A stretch of 64,000 nucleotides of DNA from an uncultured Erysipelotrichaceae bacterium (lineage in GTDB: Bacteria; Bacillota_I; Bacilli_A; RF39; UBA660), in the NCBI GenBank assembly GCA_902801825.1, contig CADCJS010000001.1, forward strand, positions 40,872 through 104,871, read 5' to 3'. Within the stretch, counting starts at the first letter, position 1. Every line of letters starts with the position of its first letter. The translations under genes were made by a program, and so were the position numbers. The notes beneath the pieces were generated by a model. It was not told the DNA's origin. It was given only the letters and a program-made list of their open reading frames with translations, and did not search any database. Below, piece after piece: positions 1 through 10,675 of this stretch.

Positions 1-1
1 A

Positions 2-253
2 ATGATAAAATATGAAGGATATATTAAAAAATCAATAAAAGAAGCAGAAAAAATGAGAAAATTAGAAAATAAAAAAATTCCGGATAATATTGATTATGAT
101 AAAATTCCTAATTTAGCAAGTGAAGCTAGAGTAAAATTAAAAGAAGTAAGACCTTTGTCTTTTGGTCAAGCAATAAGAATAAGTGGTGTAAATCCGTCAG
201 ATATATCAATATTATCAGTATATATGAAGAGGTATTTTAATGAATTTAGATGA
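2..253 (+). CDS. mnmG: tRNA uridine 5-carboxymethylaminomethyl modification enzyme MnmG (GidA), C-terminal fragment; 5' end lies outside the window
   Basis: The ORF runs off the left edge. It has a GidA-type C-terminus ([17 protein letters not shown]). It overlaps the following rsmG, as in the conserved mnmG-rsmG pair. Confidence 0.85.
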   Translation: MIKYEGYIKKSIKEAEKMRKLENKKIPDNIDYDKIPNLASEARVKLKEVRPLSFGQAIRISGVNPSDISILSVYMKRYFNEFR

Positions 254-944
254 TTTAAAAAATGAATTAAGTAAAATTGGTATAACATTAACAAAGAAAC
301 AAGGAAAAAAATTACATAAATTTTATGATTTAGTTATAGAAGAAAATGAAAAAATTAATTTAACTAGAATTATAGATAAAAAAGAATTCTATTTAAAACA
401 TTTTTATGATAGTTTAACTTTAATTAAAGCAATAGATTTAAATCAAGAATTAAAATTATTAGATTTTGGTACAGGAGCTGGATTTCCAGGAATAGTATTA
501 AAAATATGTTTTCCAAATATAAAAATCACTTTAATTGATGCTTTAGAAAAAAGATGTAATTTTTTAGAATATGTTATTAATGAACTTGAACTTGAAGATA
601 TAGAAGTTATTCATCAAAGAGGTGAAGATTTTTCAAAAAGACATAGAGAAAAATATGATATAGTAACTTCTAGAGCAGTTGCTAAATTAAATGTTTTAAA
701 TGAAATATGTTTACCAATGGTTAAAGTAAATGGTTATTTTATTCCTATGAAAGGTAATATAGATGAAGAATTAGATTCATCTTTAAAATCAATTGAGTTA
801 CTTAATTCAAAAATAGAAGAAATAATTAATTTTAATTTACCAATAGAAAATAGTGTTAGAAATTTAATAAAAATAAAAAAATTAGGGAAAAATAAAAGAA
901 TATATCCAAGAAATTTTGATAAAATCAAAAAAAATCCATTGTAA
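240..944 (+). CDS. rsmG: 16S rRNA (guanine527-N7)-methyltransferase RsmG (GidB)
   Basis: 234 aa with SAM-binding motif [13 protein letters not shown]. Sits directly after mnmG. Confidence 0.9.
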   Translation: MNLDDLKNELSKIGITLTKKQGKKLHKFYDLVIEENEKINLTRIIDKKEFYLKHFYDSLTLIKAIDLNQELKLLDFGTGAGFPGIVLKICFPNIKITLIDALEKRCNFLEYVINELELEDIEVIHQRGEDFSKRHREKYDIVTSRAVAKLNVLNEICLPMVKVNGYFIPMKGNIDEELDSSLKSIELLNSKIEEIINFNLPIENSVRNLIKIKKLGKNKRIYPRNFDKIKKNPL

Positions 945-1006
945 AAAATGGATTTTTATTATATTATAATAATGTATACTAAAAAGAATAGAAAAGAGGT
1001 ATTTTT

Positions 1007-1966
1007 ATGAATGGAATGGATAAAGAAATTATAGAAGTTTCACTAGATGATATTATTCCTAATAGATTTCAACCTAGATTAGCATTTGATGAACAAGCTT
1101 TAAATGAACTTGCTAAGTCTATAAGACAACATGGTATTATTCAACCATTAGTTTTAAGAAAAATAGGGGATAAGTATGAAATAATAGCTGGTGAAAGAAG
1201 ATATAAAGCATCTTATATTGCTGGCCTTTCTAAAGTACCTGCTGTTATTATAAATTTAGATGATAATGAATCTGCTGAAGTAGCAATCGTAGAAAACATT
1301 CAAAGAAAAAATTTGTCTCCAATAGAAGAAGCTAAATCATATAAAAAATTATTAGATAGAGGTTACTTAACACAAGATCAATTAGCAACTAGAATGGGAA
1401 AAACACAAGCTACTATTTCAAATAAATTAAGATTATTAAATTTAGCTGAAGAAGTACAAGATGCTTTATTAAATAATAGAATTAGTGAAAGACATGCAAG
1501 AAGTTTATTAAAAATAGATGACAAAAAACAACAAGTAGATTTATTAGATACTATTATTGATCAAAGATTAAATGTAAGAGATACAGAAGAATTAATTAAT
1601 AAAAGAATTAATGATAAAGAAATATATGATATTGAAAATATATCTCCTTCATATGAATATGAGTCAAATAAACCAATAGATTTTAATACATTTTTTGATA
1701 TTAGTGAAGAGAATAAAGAAGACAATAAAGATAATGAAAACTTAGATGTTTTATTAAAAGAACCAGAAAAAGATTTTAATAACCTATTAGAAAATACTAA
1801 TGTGGATTTATTAGAAGATTTAGATGATTCAATAATCGCAAATGATAGAATTAAAAAATTATTAGATGATTTGAATAATCAAGGTATAAAAACAACATAT
1901 GATTATTTTGAATTTAATGATTCATATCAATATATAATTAAAATAGATAAGAATAAAAAAGACTAG
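1007..1966 (+). CDS. noc: ParB-family nucleoid occlusion protein (Noc-like)
   Basis: ParB N-terminal box (IPNRFQPR, GERRYKAS) and an HTH region. It occupies the noc position after rsmG. A second ParB paralogue (spo0J) lies at 57962. Confidence 0.75.
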   Translation: MNGMDKEIIEVSLDDIIPNRFQPRLAFDEQALNELAKSIRQHGIIQPLVLRKIGDKYEIIAGERRYKASYIAGLSKVPAVIINLDDNESAEVAIVENIQRKNLSPIEEAKSYKKLLDRGYLTQDQLATRMGKTQATISNKLRLLNLAEEVQDALLNNRISERHARSLLKIDDKKQQVDLLDTIIDQRLNVRDTEELINKRINDKEIYDIENISPSYEYESNKPIDFNTFFDISEENKEDNKDNENLDVLLKEPEKDFNNLLENTNVDLLEDLDDSIIANDRIKKLLDDLNNQGIKTTYDYFEFNDSYQYIIKIDKNKKD

Positions 1967-1985
1967 TTTTAACTAGTCTTTATCT
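1954..1985. terminator. Bidirectional intrinsic terminator between convergent noc and the PBP gene
   Basis: Palindrome AGACTAGTT/AACTAGTCT, flanked by an A-run on the left and a T-run on the right. Confidence 0.7.
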
Positions 1986-3901
1986 TTTTTTATAGGTTCT
2001 GTTCCTTTAATATAATATATTATTTGTTTTCTTTTTGATTTATTAGTTGCTAATTTTCCATTTAAAGGATTTACTAGTACTGGAGATACGTTTTTAGGTT
2101 TAGTATACCAAGAATCATTTTTATCTCTTAAGTAGTTTTCCATAGTATCAACCCAAATATTTCTAGAAATAGTATTATCTTTTTTTTCAAGATATTTATT
2201 ATTATCATATCCAGACCATACTCCTAAAGTATAATCTTTATTATATCCAACAATAAGTGAATCAGTATTAGTACTTCCTGTTTTAATAGCGTATTTTTTT
2301 GTAATTTTTGGCTTAATACTTAAACAAGTAGGTTGTGAATAATCAATTAAATTACTATCATAACAATTAGATAATAATTCTGATAAAATATAAGTATAAT
2401 CTGAATTCAATACTTTTTCTTCTTTTTTTTCATGTCTATAAATAAATTTATTTTTATCAGTTTTAACACTTCTTATTAAGTAAGGATTAACTTTTATTCC
2501 TTCATTAGCAATAGTAGAATAACCTGTGGATAAATCTTTAATACTTAATTCACTAGTTCCTAATGGTAGAGACATATTATTATCAATTTTTTTATTAATT
2601 CCAACTTTCTTTATAGTATTAATTAAACTGTTATTTCCTAAAAATATATTTGTTTTAATCGCATATATATTATCTGAATATGAAATAGCTATTATTAAAG
2701 GAATCTTTTTATTTGCATATATATTTCCATAATTAGATGGATTATATTTTAATCCATTTATATTAAATGTAGTTTTTTCTGATAAAAAAGTAGATGAAGG
2801 AGTAAAACCATTTTCTAAAGCTGAATAATATAAAAATGTTTTAATTGTAGATCCAACTTGTCTTTTTGCATTAATTGCTCTATTAAACTGACTTTTTTCA
2901 TAATCTTTTCCACCAGATAAAGCAATAATTTTATTTGATTTATTTTCTATCATAATCGCTGCATTTTGAATACTATTATCCTTATTTATATTATTATTTA
3001 TGGAATCTTCTAATGCTTTTTGTGCATCTATATCCAAATTAGTATAAATCTTTATATTATTATTTTGTAAATAATCTTTCATTAAAATATTTAAATCATT
3101 TAATTCACTAATTACAGCATCTTTGTAATACATCAAAGTTGATAGATTTAAATCATCTTTTTTGCCATAAAAAACAAGTTTTTCTTTATATGCATTATTC
3201 ATTTCTTTTTTTGTAATATATCCATTTTTATACATATTATTTAATACTTTAAATTGTCTTTTTTTCGCATTTTTATAATTATTAATAGGTGAATAATTTT
3301 GTGGAGAACTTGGTATTCCAGCTAGCATAGAAGCTTCTGCTAAAGAAAGATTATTCGCATCTTTATTAAAATAATAATTAGATGCTCTTTGAATACCTAA
3401 TACACCATTACCATAATTTATAGTATTTAAATACCCTTCTAATATTTCATTTTTAGAATAATTAATTTCAATTCTTGATGCTAAAAAAGCTTCTTTAATT
3501 TTTCTATTAAAAGTTCTATCAAAATTTAAATATAAATTTCTAGCATATTGTTGTGTGATTGTAGAAGCTCCTTCAACAATTCTTTTATTTTTTATATTAA
3601 CAAAAAAAGATTTAAAAATTCTTAAATAATCAAAACCATTGTGTTTATAAAATCTTTTATCTTCAGTTGCAATAGTCGCATTAATTAAATTTTTATCAAT
3701 ATTTTCTAATTTAATCCATTCTTTTGTACCATTTCCCTTAAAAAATATCTTATTATTCTTATCATACATTATAATATTATTAGTTTTCTTTAAATCAATC
3801 TTATCTTGACTTTTAATGTAAAAATAAAAAATAGTGCCAATAATACATAAAAAAAACATAAAAAATACGTAAATTTTTAATAATACTTGTTTTTTTTTCA
3901 T
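1973..3901 (-). CDS. Class A penicillin-binding protein (glycosyltransferase GT51 plus transpeptidase)
   Basis: 642 aa with an N-terminal TM helix. GT51 motifs EDKRFYKHNGFD and GASTITQQ. Transpeptidase motifs STIK (SxxK) and KTGST. Confidence 0.85.
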   Translation of the reverse strand: MKKKQVLLKIYVFFMFFLCIIGTIFYFYIKSQDKIDLKKTNNIIMYDKNNKIFFKGNGTKEWIKLENIDKNLINATIATEDKRFYKHNGFDYLRIFKSFFVNIKNKRIVEGASTITQQYARNLYLNFDRTFNRKIKEAFLASRIEINYSKNEILEGYLNTINYGNGVLGIQRASNYYFNKDANNLSLAEASMLAGIPSSPQNYSPINNYKNAKKRQFKVLNNMYKNGYITKKEMNNAYKEKLVFYGKKDDLNLSTLMYYKDAVISELNDLNILMKDYLQNNNIKIYTNLDIDAQKALEDSINNNINKDNSIQNAAIMIENKSNKIIALSGGKDYEKSQFNRAINAKRQVGSTIKTFLYYSALENGFTPSSTFLSEKTTFNINGLKYNPSNYGNIYANKKIPLIIAISYSDNIYAIKTNIFLGNNSLINTIKKVGINKKIDNNMSLPLGTSELSIKDLSTGYSTIANEGIKVNPYLIRSVKTDKNKFIYRHEKKEEKVLNSDYTYILSELLSNCYDSNLIDYSQPTCLSIKPKITKKYAIKTGSTNTDSLIVGYNKDYTLGVWSGYDNNKYLEKKDNTISRNIWVDTMENYLRDKNDSWYTKPKNVSPVLVNPLNGKLATNKSKRKQIIYYIKGTEPIKKDKD

Positions 3902-4383
3902 AGAATCACCATTCTTCTATTAATATTATTAACAAAATATCTTAAATTATTATATTTTTAAAATTATTTATAGAATAAATCAAAGGAAAAGTGTAATGAA
4001 AAAAATAAGTAAAGTTATTAATATTATTAACAAATTCGATAAAAAAATAATTGATGAAAATTTGGCTTTAAATTTAGAAAATAATGATTATACAGTGCCT
4101 AAAGCAAAAAAATTATATTACTAATATAATAGAATCATAAACAGTATATGAGTTTGAAGAAGTTTCATAAATAATAATTGATAATATTTTATCTAAAAAA
4201 GTATTTAATGGTATTGGATTTAAGTCTATAGGTAATACTTTATATAAAATAGAAATAATTAACCTTAAAAAATGGAGTAATATGTAATAACATATTATTT
4301 CTTTTTATTATGTCAAAAAATAATAAAAATATAAGTGCATTTTTATAATATCTATGTTATAATGCTTCTTGTAAAAGTTGGTG

Positions 4384-4758
4384 ATGAAATTGAAAAGAAC
4401 CAAGGTTGATTTATATATAAATAATAAAGAAGACAAGATATATTTTAAAGATATAGAAGCTCAAATAAATGAAGATAAATTATTATTTGATGTTGAAAAT
4501 GAAAAATATGAAATAATAAAAAATGATAATTTACAATTAAAAAAAGAAAATAAAGATAGTATTATAAATTTTATATTTAAAGAAAACAAAAAAACAAATT
4601 CAATTTATTTTATAAAAGAATATAATACTAATATAAATATATATGTTAAAACTAATATGTTATATATTAAAGATAATAATATAGAAGTTAATTATACATT
4701 ATGGATAGAAGAAGAATTAATTGGTGATTTTTATTTTAGAATTAATATAAAGGAGTAG
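4384..4758 (+). CDS. DUF1934 (YwiB-like) beta-barrel protein
   Basis: A small protein immediately upstream of, and nearly abutting, argS, which is the conserved ywiB-argS arrangement of Firmicutes. Start chosen at the first ATG of the ORF. Confidence 0.55.
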   Translation: MKLKRTKVDLYINNKEDKIYFKDIEAQINEDKLLFDVENEKYEIIKNDNLQLKKENKDSIINFIFKENKKTNSIYFIKEYNTNINIYVKTNMLYIKDNNIEVNYTLWIEEELIGDFYFRINIKE

Positions 4759-4762
4759 TTAT

Positions 4763-6463
4763 ATGGAAAATATAAAAAAGAAAATTGAAGAAACATTAAA
4801 AGAAATATTAGATATAGATAATATATTTGAAAATATTAGTGAAATAAAAGAAGAAAAAAAGGGTGATTATACATTTCCTTGTTTTATTCTTTCAAAAACT
4901 TATAAAAAAGCACCAAATATAATTGCAGCTGAATTAAAAGAAAAAATAGAAAAAAAAGATTTTATTGAAAAAATTGAAAGCGTGAATGGTTATTTAAACT
5001 TTTATGTTGATAAAAAATATTTAACAAAAATAGTATTTGAAGAATATGATAAAAAGAAAGAAGATTATGGAAAAAATAATAATTGTAATAAGACAGTTTT
5101 AATAGAATATTCTTCACCAAATATATCTAAACCATTTCATATAGGTCATTTAAGAACTACTGTAATAGGTCATGCTTTATATAATATTTATAAATTTCTA
5201 GGATATAATACTATTGGTATTAATCATTTAGGAGATTATGGTACTCACTTAGGAAAAATAATAGAAGCTTATAAACTTTGGGGAAATGAGTATAATATAG
5301 AAGAAAATCCTATAGATGAATTAACAAAAATGTATGTTAGAATTAATAAATTATGTGAAGAAGATGAAACTGTACTTGAAAATTGTAGAAATAATTTTAA
5401 ACTTTTAGAAGAAGGCGATGAATACTGTAATAGTTTATGCAAAAAAATAAGTGATTTAAGCTTAATAGAATTTAATAGAGTATATGATTTATTAGGAATA
5501 AAATTTGATAGTATTAAAGGTGAATCTACTTATGTTAAATATATGAATGATATTTTAAAAGTTTTAGAAAAAAACAACAAATTACTAAATAGTGAAGGCG
5601 CTAAGATAGTTGATTTAGAAGAAGATGGAATTAAAACACCATGTATTATTCAAAAAAATAACGGTTCAAGTATATATGCAACACGTGATTTAGGAGCTAT
5701 TCTTTATAGATCAAAAACATATGATTATGATAAATCATTATATGTAACTGGTTATGAACAAGAACTTCATTTTAAACAAGTTTTTGCAGTAGCAAAATAT
5801 CTTGATTTAAATGAAAAATATATAAATGGGTTAGAACATATTTCTTATGGTATGTATAGATTAAAAGAAGGAAAGATGTCTACAAGAAAAGGAAACTTCG
5901 TTAAACTTGAAGATATTTTAATTGAATCAATTAATAAAGCAAAAGAAATAATTAAAGAAAAAAATCCAAATTTAGAAAATATAGACGAAGTAGCTAAAAA
6001 AGTTGGTGTAGGTGCCGTAGTATTTAGTGATTTATATAATTCAAGAATAAAAGATGAAGTATTTGATTTAGATGAAATGCTTTCATTTCAAGGTGAAACT
6101 TGTCCTTATATTCAATATATGTATGTTAGGATTAACAGTATATTAAGTAAAGTAGATAATAAAGTATTGCTTAATAATGTAAGTTATGATAAATTAACTG
6201 ATGAAGAAACTTTTAACATTATTAAATTAATTTATAAATTTAATGATATTGTTTCTTTAGCAGCAGAAAAAAATGAACCTTATATTATTTCTAGATATTT
6301 AATTAAATTATCAAATGCATATAGTAGTTTTTATACAAAAAATAAAGTTTTATCAGATGATATAGAAGAAAGAAATTCTAGATTATACTTAATTAAAGTT
6401 GTTGGAAATATTATAAAAACAGGATCAAATCTTTTAGGTATTGAAATGCCAGAAAAAATGTAA
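4763..6463 (+). CDS. argS: Arginine--tRNA ligase
   Basis: 566 aa. Class I HIGH motif (PFHIGHLR) and KMSK-like MSTRKG. SD GGAG upstream. Confidence 0.95.
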   Translation: MENIKKKIEETLKEILDIDNIFENISEIKEEKKGDYTFPCFILSKTYKKAPNIIAAELKEKIEKKDFIEKIESVNGYLNFYVDKKYLTKIVFEEYDKKKEDYGKNNNCNKTVLIEYSSPNISKPFHIGHLRTTVIGHALYNIYKFLGYNTIGINHLGDYGTHLGKIIEAYKLWGNEYNIEENPIDELTKMYVRINKLCEEDETVLENCRNNFKLLEEGDEYCNSLCKKISDLSLIEFNRVYDLLGIKFDSIKGESTYVKYMNDILKVLEKNNKLLNSEGAKIVDLEEDGIKTPCIIQKNNGSSIYATRDLGAILYRSKTYDYDKSLYVTGYEQELHFKQVFAVAKYLDLNEKYINGLEHISYGMYRLKEGKMSTRKGNFVKLEDILIESINKAKEIIKEKNPNLENIDEVAKKVGVGAVVFSDLYNSRIKDEVFDLDEMLSFQGETCPYIQYMYVRINSILSKVDNKVLLNNVSYDKLTDEETFNIIKLIYKFNDIVSLAAEKNEPYIISRYLIKLSNAYSSFYTKNKVLSDDIEERNSRLYLIKVVGNIIKTGSNLLGIEMPEKM

Positions 6464-6474
6464 AGGAGATAATT

Positions 6475-6921
6475 ATGAAAATAAGAAAGAAAAGTATAGA
6501 TGAATTAGAATTAATGAGTTATACTGATATAGCTTATGAGATAATAAAAGAGGATAAAAAACAATATAATACTCCTAGTTTATTTAAAGAAGTATGTGAT
6601 TTATTAAATTTAAGTAATGAAGAATTTGAAGAAAAAATTGGAGATTTCTTTACTGCACTTACTACAGATAAAAGATTTATATTAATAGATAGTATAAATT
6701 GGGATTTAAAAGAAAATCATAAAGTTAATGTTGTAATTGACAATGGTGATGAAGAAGATATATCTTCTGAAGAAATAAATGAAGATGAAGAATTAGAAGA
6801 TGATAGTTTAGAAGAATCAGAAGAAGATGATTATAGTGATGAATCAATTGATGATTCACAAAATGCAGAAGAAGATATTCAAGAATTAACTATTATTGAT
6901 GAAGACGATTTAGAGGAATAG
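6475..6921 (+). CDS. rpoE: DNA-directed RNA polymerase delta subunit
   Basis: N-terminal HARE-HTH-like domain (SYTDIAYEIIKE...) followed by a long Asp/Glu-rich tail, the hallmark of RpoE. Confidence 0.85.
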   Translation: MKIRKKSIDELELMSYTDIAYEIIKEDKKQYNTPSLFKEVCDLLNLSNEEFEEKIGDFFTALTTDKRFILIDSINWDLKENHKVNVVIDNGDEEDISSEEINEDEELEDDSLEESEEDDYSDESIDDSQNAEEDIQELTIIDEDDLEE

Positions 6922-6929
6922 GTGAGAAT

Positions 6930-7988
6930 ATGATAGAGAGATTAGAAACAACATTAAAAAGATATAATGAACTTGGTGAAGAATTAAGTAAGATGGAAGT
7001 AATAAATGATGTTAAACTTATGACTTCTCTATCAAAAGAGCAAGCATCTATATCTGAAATTGTTGAAAAATATAAAGAATATAAGAAAGTATTAAATGAT
7101 ATAGAAGAAGCAAATGAATTATTAAATGATAAGGAAATGCAAGAACTTGCAAAAGAAGATTTAAATAGATTATCAGAAGAAAAAGAATCTTTAGAAAAAG
7201 AATTAGAAATATTATTAATTCCCAAGGATCCTAATGATGATAAAAATATTATAGTAGAAATTAGAGGAGCTGCAGGAGGAGATGAAGCAAATATTTTTGC
7301 AGGTGATTTATTTGATATGTATTCTAGATATTCTGAAAATATGGGATGGAAAATAGAAGTATTAAATGAAGAACCAGGTACTGCAGGTGGTTTTTCTCAA
7401 ATAGAATTTATGGTAAGAGGAGAAAATGTTTATTCTAAGTTAAAATATGAGTCTGGTGCACATAGAGTTCAAAGGGTTCCAGCAACTGAATCTCAAGGAA
7501 GAGTTCACACATCTACCGCAACAGTATTAGTAATGCCAGAAGTTAATGATGTTGATGTAGAAGTAAATGAACAGGACTTAAGAATAGATGTATATAGAAG
7601 TAGTGGAGCTGGAGGACAAGGAGTAAACACAACAGATAGTGCTGTTAGAGTTACACATATACCTACTGGAATAGTAGTAACTTGTCAAAATGAAAGAAGT
7701 CAATTAAAAAATAAACAAAGAGCAATAGAAGTATTAAAAAGTAGACTATATGATTTAGAAAAACAAAAGCAAGAAGAAACATTAGGTTCTGAAAGAAAAA
7801 ATAAAATAGGAACTGGAGATAGATCTGAAAAAATAAGAACTTATAATTATCCACAAAATAGAGTAACTGATCATAGAATTAATTTAACTTTAATGCAACT
7901 AGATAGAATTATGGCAGGAAAAATGGATGATTTAATAGAAGCTTTAATTAATGAAGATCAAAAAAGAAAACTTGCCGGTGAAGAATAA
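6930..7988 (+). CDS. prfA: Peptide chain release factor 1
   Basis: GGQ motif (SGAGGQGVN) and the RF1-type PAT tripeptide (RVPATES). Followed by prmC. Confidence 0.95.
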   Translation: MIERLETTLKRYNELGEELSKMEVINDVKLMTSLSKEQASISEIVEKYKEYKKVLNDIEEANELLNDKEMQELAKEDLNRLSEEKESLEKELEILLIPKDPNDDKNIIVEIRGAAGGDEANIFAGDLFDMYSRYSENMGWKIEVLNEEPGTAGGFSQIEFMVRGENVYSKLKYESGAHRVQRVPATESQGRVHTSTATVLVMPEVNDVDVEVNEQDLRIDVYRSSGAGGQGVNTTDSAVRVTHIPTGIVVTCQNERSQLKNKQRAIEVLKSRLYDLEKQKQEETLGSERKNKIGTGDRSEKIRTYNYPQNRVTDHRINLTLMQLDRIMAGKMDDLIEALINEDQKRKLAGEE

Positions 7989-8701
7989 TGAATAATATTG
8001 AATATTTAAAAAAATATTATAAAGGCAATATAAACGAAGCTATAGAAAGATTAAATAAAAATGAACCTATACAATATATTATTGGAGATGTTGATTTTTA
8101 TGGTAATAAAATAAAAGTTAATAAAAATGTATTAATTCCTAGATTTGAAACTGAAGAATTAGTTGAAAATACTATAAAAATAATAAAAGAAAGATTTAAT
8201 AAAAATATAAAACTACTTGATATTGGAACTGGTTCGGGATGCATAATAATATCTATAAAAAAAGAATTAAATAATATAAATGCTTATGCATTAGATATAT
8301 CTAAAGAAGCTTTAGAAGTTGCTGAAGAAAATGCAAAAAATAATAATGTTAAAATTAATTTTATTAATTCCAATGTGTTTTCTAATATAAAAGAAAAATT
8401 TGATGTAATTATTAGTAATCCACCATATATCGCATATGATGAAGAAATAATGGATATTGTTAAGAATAATGAACCACATTTAGCATTATATGCTGAGAAT
8501 AATGGATTATATTTTTATGAAGAAATTCTATCTAATGCAAATAAGTATCTAAATGAAAAATATTTAATCGCATTCGAAATAGGAATGAATCAATTTAAAT
8601 ATATAAATGAACTAAGAAAGAAATATTTAAAAGATTCAAAAATATTATTAAAGAAAGATTTACAAGGTAGAGATAGAATGGTTTTTATTTATAATGAATA
8701 A
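7988..8701 (+). CDS. prmC: Release factor glutamine N5-methyltransferase PrmC
   Basis: Start overlaps the prfA stop. SAM motif IGTGSGCI and catalytic NPPY. Confidence 0.9.
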   Translation: MNNIEYLKKYYKGNINEAIERLNKNEPIQYIIGDVDFYGNKIKVNKNVLIPRFETEELVENTIKIIKERFNKNIKLLDIGTGSGCIIISIKKELNNINAYALDISKEALEVAEENAKNNNVKINFINSNVFSNIKEKFDVIISNPPYIAYDEEIMDIVKNNEPHLALYAENNGLYFYEEILSNANKYLNEKYLIAFEIGMNQFKYINELRKKYLKDSKILLKKDLQGRDRMVFIYNE

Positions 8702-8747
8702 AAATATATTAATCATCCATAAAGAAATTGAAAGGATGATTTTTTTT

Positions 8748-9275
8748 ATGAAAAAAATAATTATATTTATTTTAACAATAGTTACATTATTTAGTGTAAT
8801 AACTAATATTAAAGCAAAAGAATCTATAATTAGAGATAATACAATTAGATTTAGAATTTTAGCAAATTCAAATAGTATTTATGATCAAAATATAAAAATT
8901 CAAGTTAGAAATGTTATTCAAAATGAAATTTTAAAATTAGTAAAAGATTGTAATAATAAAGAAGAAACCAGAAAAGTATTAATAAATAACAAAATTCATT
9001 TAGAAGAATTAACTAGAAAGACATTAAATGAATTAAATTATGATAAAGATTTTGAAATTAATTATGGGTATAATTACTTTCCTAAAAAGAAATACAATAA
9101 TAATATATATAAAGAAGGTAAATATGAATCTTTAGTTATAAAATTAGGAGAAGGAAAAGGAGATAATTTTTGGTGTATATTATTTCCTCCATTATGTCTT
9201 TTAGAATCAGAAGATAATAGTAATACTAAGTATTCATTTTATTTAAAAGATTTATATAAAAAAATAGTAAAATAA
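8748..9275 (+). CDS. spoIIR: Stage II sporulation protein R
   Basis: Signal/TM segment, then IRFRILANSNSIYDQNIKIQVRN and C-terminal FWCILFPPLC, both characteristic of SpoIIR. Start taken at the internal ATG preceding the signal peptide. Confidence 0.7.
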   Translation: MKKIIIFILTIVTLFSVITNIKAKESIIRDNTIRFRILANSNSIYDQNIKIQVRNVIQNEILKLVKDCNNKEETRKVLINNKIHLEELTRKTLNELNYDKDFEINYGYNYFPKKKYNNNIYKEGKYESLVIKLGEGKGDNFWCILFPPLCLLESEDNSNTKYSFYLKDLYKKIVK

Positions 9276-9375
9276 TTATACTTTACATATATTTAACAAT
9301 AAAGAAAATGATTACTTGATTGTTTATATATATTAATGTATAATTTAATTAACATTATACTAAGGAGGAATATAT

Positions 9376-9651
9376 ATGAAAGTTACATCAGTAAATGTTA
9401 AAAAAATTGAAAAAGAAGGTTCAAGAATGAAAGGTATTGCATCTATATTATTAGATGATTTAATCGCAATTCATGATATAAGAATCATTTCAGGTGATAA
9501 TGGTTTATTTGTTGCAATGCCAAGTAGAAAGACACCAACAGGAGGATATAGAGATATAGTTCATCCAATTACTACTGAAGGTAGAGAAATGATAGAAACT
9601 GCTATTTTAAGTGAATATGAAAAAGCAGAAGATAATAAAGAAGAAGAATAA
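9376..9651 (+). CDS. spoVG: Septation/sporulation regulator SpoVG
   Basis: 91 aa. Conserved IHDIRII...GLFVAMPSRKT...YRDIVHPI. Strong SD AAGGAGG. Confidence 0.9.
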   Translation: MKVTSVNVKKIEKEGSRMKGIASILLDDLIAIHDIRIISGDNGLFVAMPSRKTPTGGYRDIVHPITTEGREMIETAILSEYEKAEDNKEEE

Positions 9652-9709
9652 TTCTTCTTTTTTTCATATTTTATAATCTTTTTAATATAATTTAATGAAA
9701 GGATAAAAT

Positions 9710-9997
9710 ATGGAAAAAATTAGAGAAATTGATACAAACTTAAATCATTCTTATTCAGTTTCAGAAAGAAAAAATATAATTATTTCAGGTATTATACGAA
9801 TTGATAGTTTTGATAGTGAAGAATTTTTAATTGATACAGTACAAGGTTTTATGAATATAAAAGGAGAAAATTTAGAAGTAATAAAATTAGATACATATCA
9901 AGGTAATATAACTATAAAAGGAAAAATTAATTCAGTTACGTATATAGATGAAAACATAAAGAAAGAATCAACCATATTTAATAAACTTTTTAAATGA
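9710..9997 (+). CDS. yabP: Sporulation protein YabP
   Basis: 95 aa YabP-like sequence. Overlaps yabQ by ATGA, as in Bacillus. Confidence 0.7.
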   Translation: MEKIREIDTNLNHSYSVSERKNIIISGIIRIDSFDSEEFLIDTVQGFMNIKGENLEVIKLDTYQGNITIKGKINSVTYIDENIKKESTIFNKLFK

Positions 9998-10302
9998 TAT
10001 TAGAATATCAATTAAAAGGAATACTATTTTCATTTATATATGGATTACTTTTTTTTGTGTTATTTTATTTTAATAAAAAATATTTATTAAACAAAACTAA
10101 ATATATTCAGTTTATATCAAATTTATTTTTTATGATAGATAATATACTTATTTATTATATTTTGTTAAGAAAAATTAATAATAATATTCTTCATTATTAT
10201 TTTCTATTATTCTTTATTTTAGGAGTGTTCTTTTCAAAATATTACTTTTTAAATACTTTACATAAAATTAAAAGTAAAATTGACTCATTAATTTTAAAGT
10301 GA
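9994..10302 (+). CDS. yabQ: Spore cortex biosynthesis membrane protein YabQ
   Basis: Small polytopic membrane protein translationally coupled to yabP and followed by divIC (conserved order). Confidence 0.55.
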   Translation: MILEYQLKGILFSFIYGLLFFVLFYFNKKYLLNKTKYIQFISNLFFMIDNILIYYILLRKINNNILHYYFLLFFILGVFFSKYYFLNTLHKIKSKIDSLILK

Positions 10303-10325
10303 TATTATTAAATAAGAGGTAAAAT

Positions 10326-10613
10326 ATGAAAAGAAAAAGAATAAAGAAAAATTTATTATTTTTTTCAGTATTATACTTAGTTGTAGGTTTAGTATTATTA
10401 CAAAGTGTTTTTAGTACATTTTATAATATATATTTAAAAACAAAGGAAAAAAGAAATTTTGAAAAGCAATTAATTGAATTAAAAGAAAAAGAAGAGGAAT
10501 TAAATGGAACTGTAACAAAATTACAAAATCCAGATTATGTAGCAAGATATGCTAGAGAAAAATATTTATATTCTAAAGACGGAGAGATAATAATAAGAAT
10601 ACCAGAAGAATAA
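10326..10613 (+). CDS. divIC: Septum formation initiator (DivIC/FtsB family)
   Basis: N-terminal TM helix, a coiled coil, and C-terminal PDYVARYAREKY...GE motif. Confidence 0.75.
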   Translation: MKRKRIKKNLLFFSVLYLVVGLVLLQSVFSTFYNIYLKTKEKRNFEKQLIELKEKEEELNGTVTKLQNPDYVARYAREKYLYSKDGEIIIRIPEE

Positions 10614-10675
10614 TACAATTACGTAAAATTGTATTATTTTTTGCATTTTTTAAAATTTATGATATTATATTACCG

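Noticed and set aside
3996-4124. A 42-codon ORF with a weak SD in the 476-bp region upstream of ywiB-argS. I also considered a possible T-box or other leader RNA here.
   Set aside because: I found no T-box sequence (no AGGGTGGNACC-like element) and no specifier or antiterminator architecture. The small ORF is Lys/Asn-rich with nothing to support it. The region does end in a hairpin plus T-run at about 4277-4307, so it may simply be a decayed gene.
6893-7225. A 110-codon antisense ORF opposite prfA, together with the many similar shadow ORFs in the track. These are: 734-928, 2526-2732, 7663-7854, 10968-11195, 11577-11852, 18687-18920, 23090-23419, 25193-25470, 29667-29918, 31401-31595, 32579-32842, 34732-34926, 36338-36520, 48023-48456, 49576-49767, 50475-50660, 52604-52900, 56055-57040, 59955-60710 and 63130-63390.
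   Set aside because: All of them lie entirely within, and mostly antisense to, well-supported conserved genes. They have Ser/Phe/Ile/Leu-rich low-complexity products typical of open antisense frames in AT-rich DNA, and they lack SD sequences.
7847-7855. A perfect DnaA box, TTATCCACA.
   Set aside because: It is a single isolated copy inside the prfA coding sequence (codons YNYPQN). There is no cluster and no adjacent AT-rich unwinding element, so this is not an origin.
9994-9997. Possible alternative genetic code (UGA read as Trp), considered because of the extreme AT content and the Mollicutes-like genes (rpoE).
   Set aside because: Conserved genes terminate properly at TGA; for example, yabP ends at the ATGA overlap here. 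Trp positions in conserved proteins are encoded by TGG. No conserved ORF is interrupted by an in-frame TGA.
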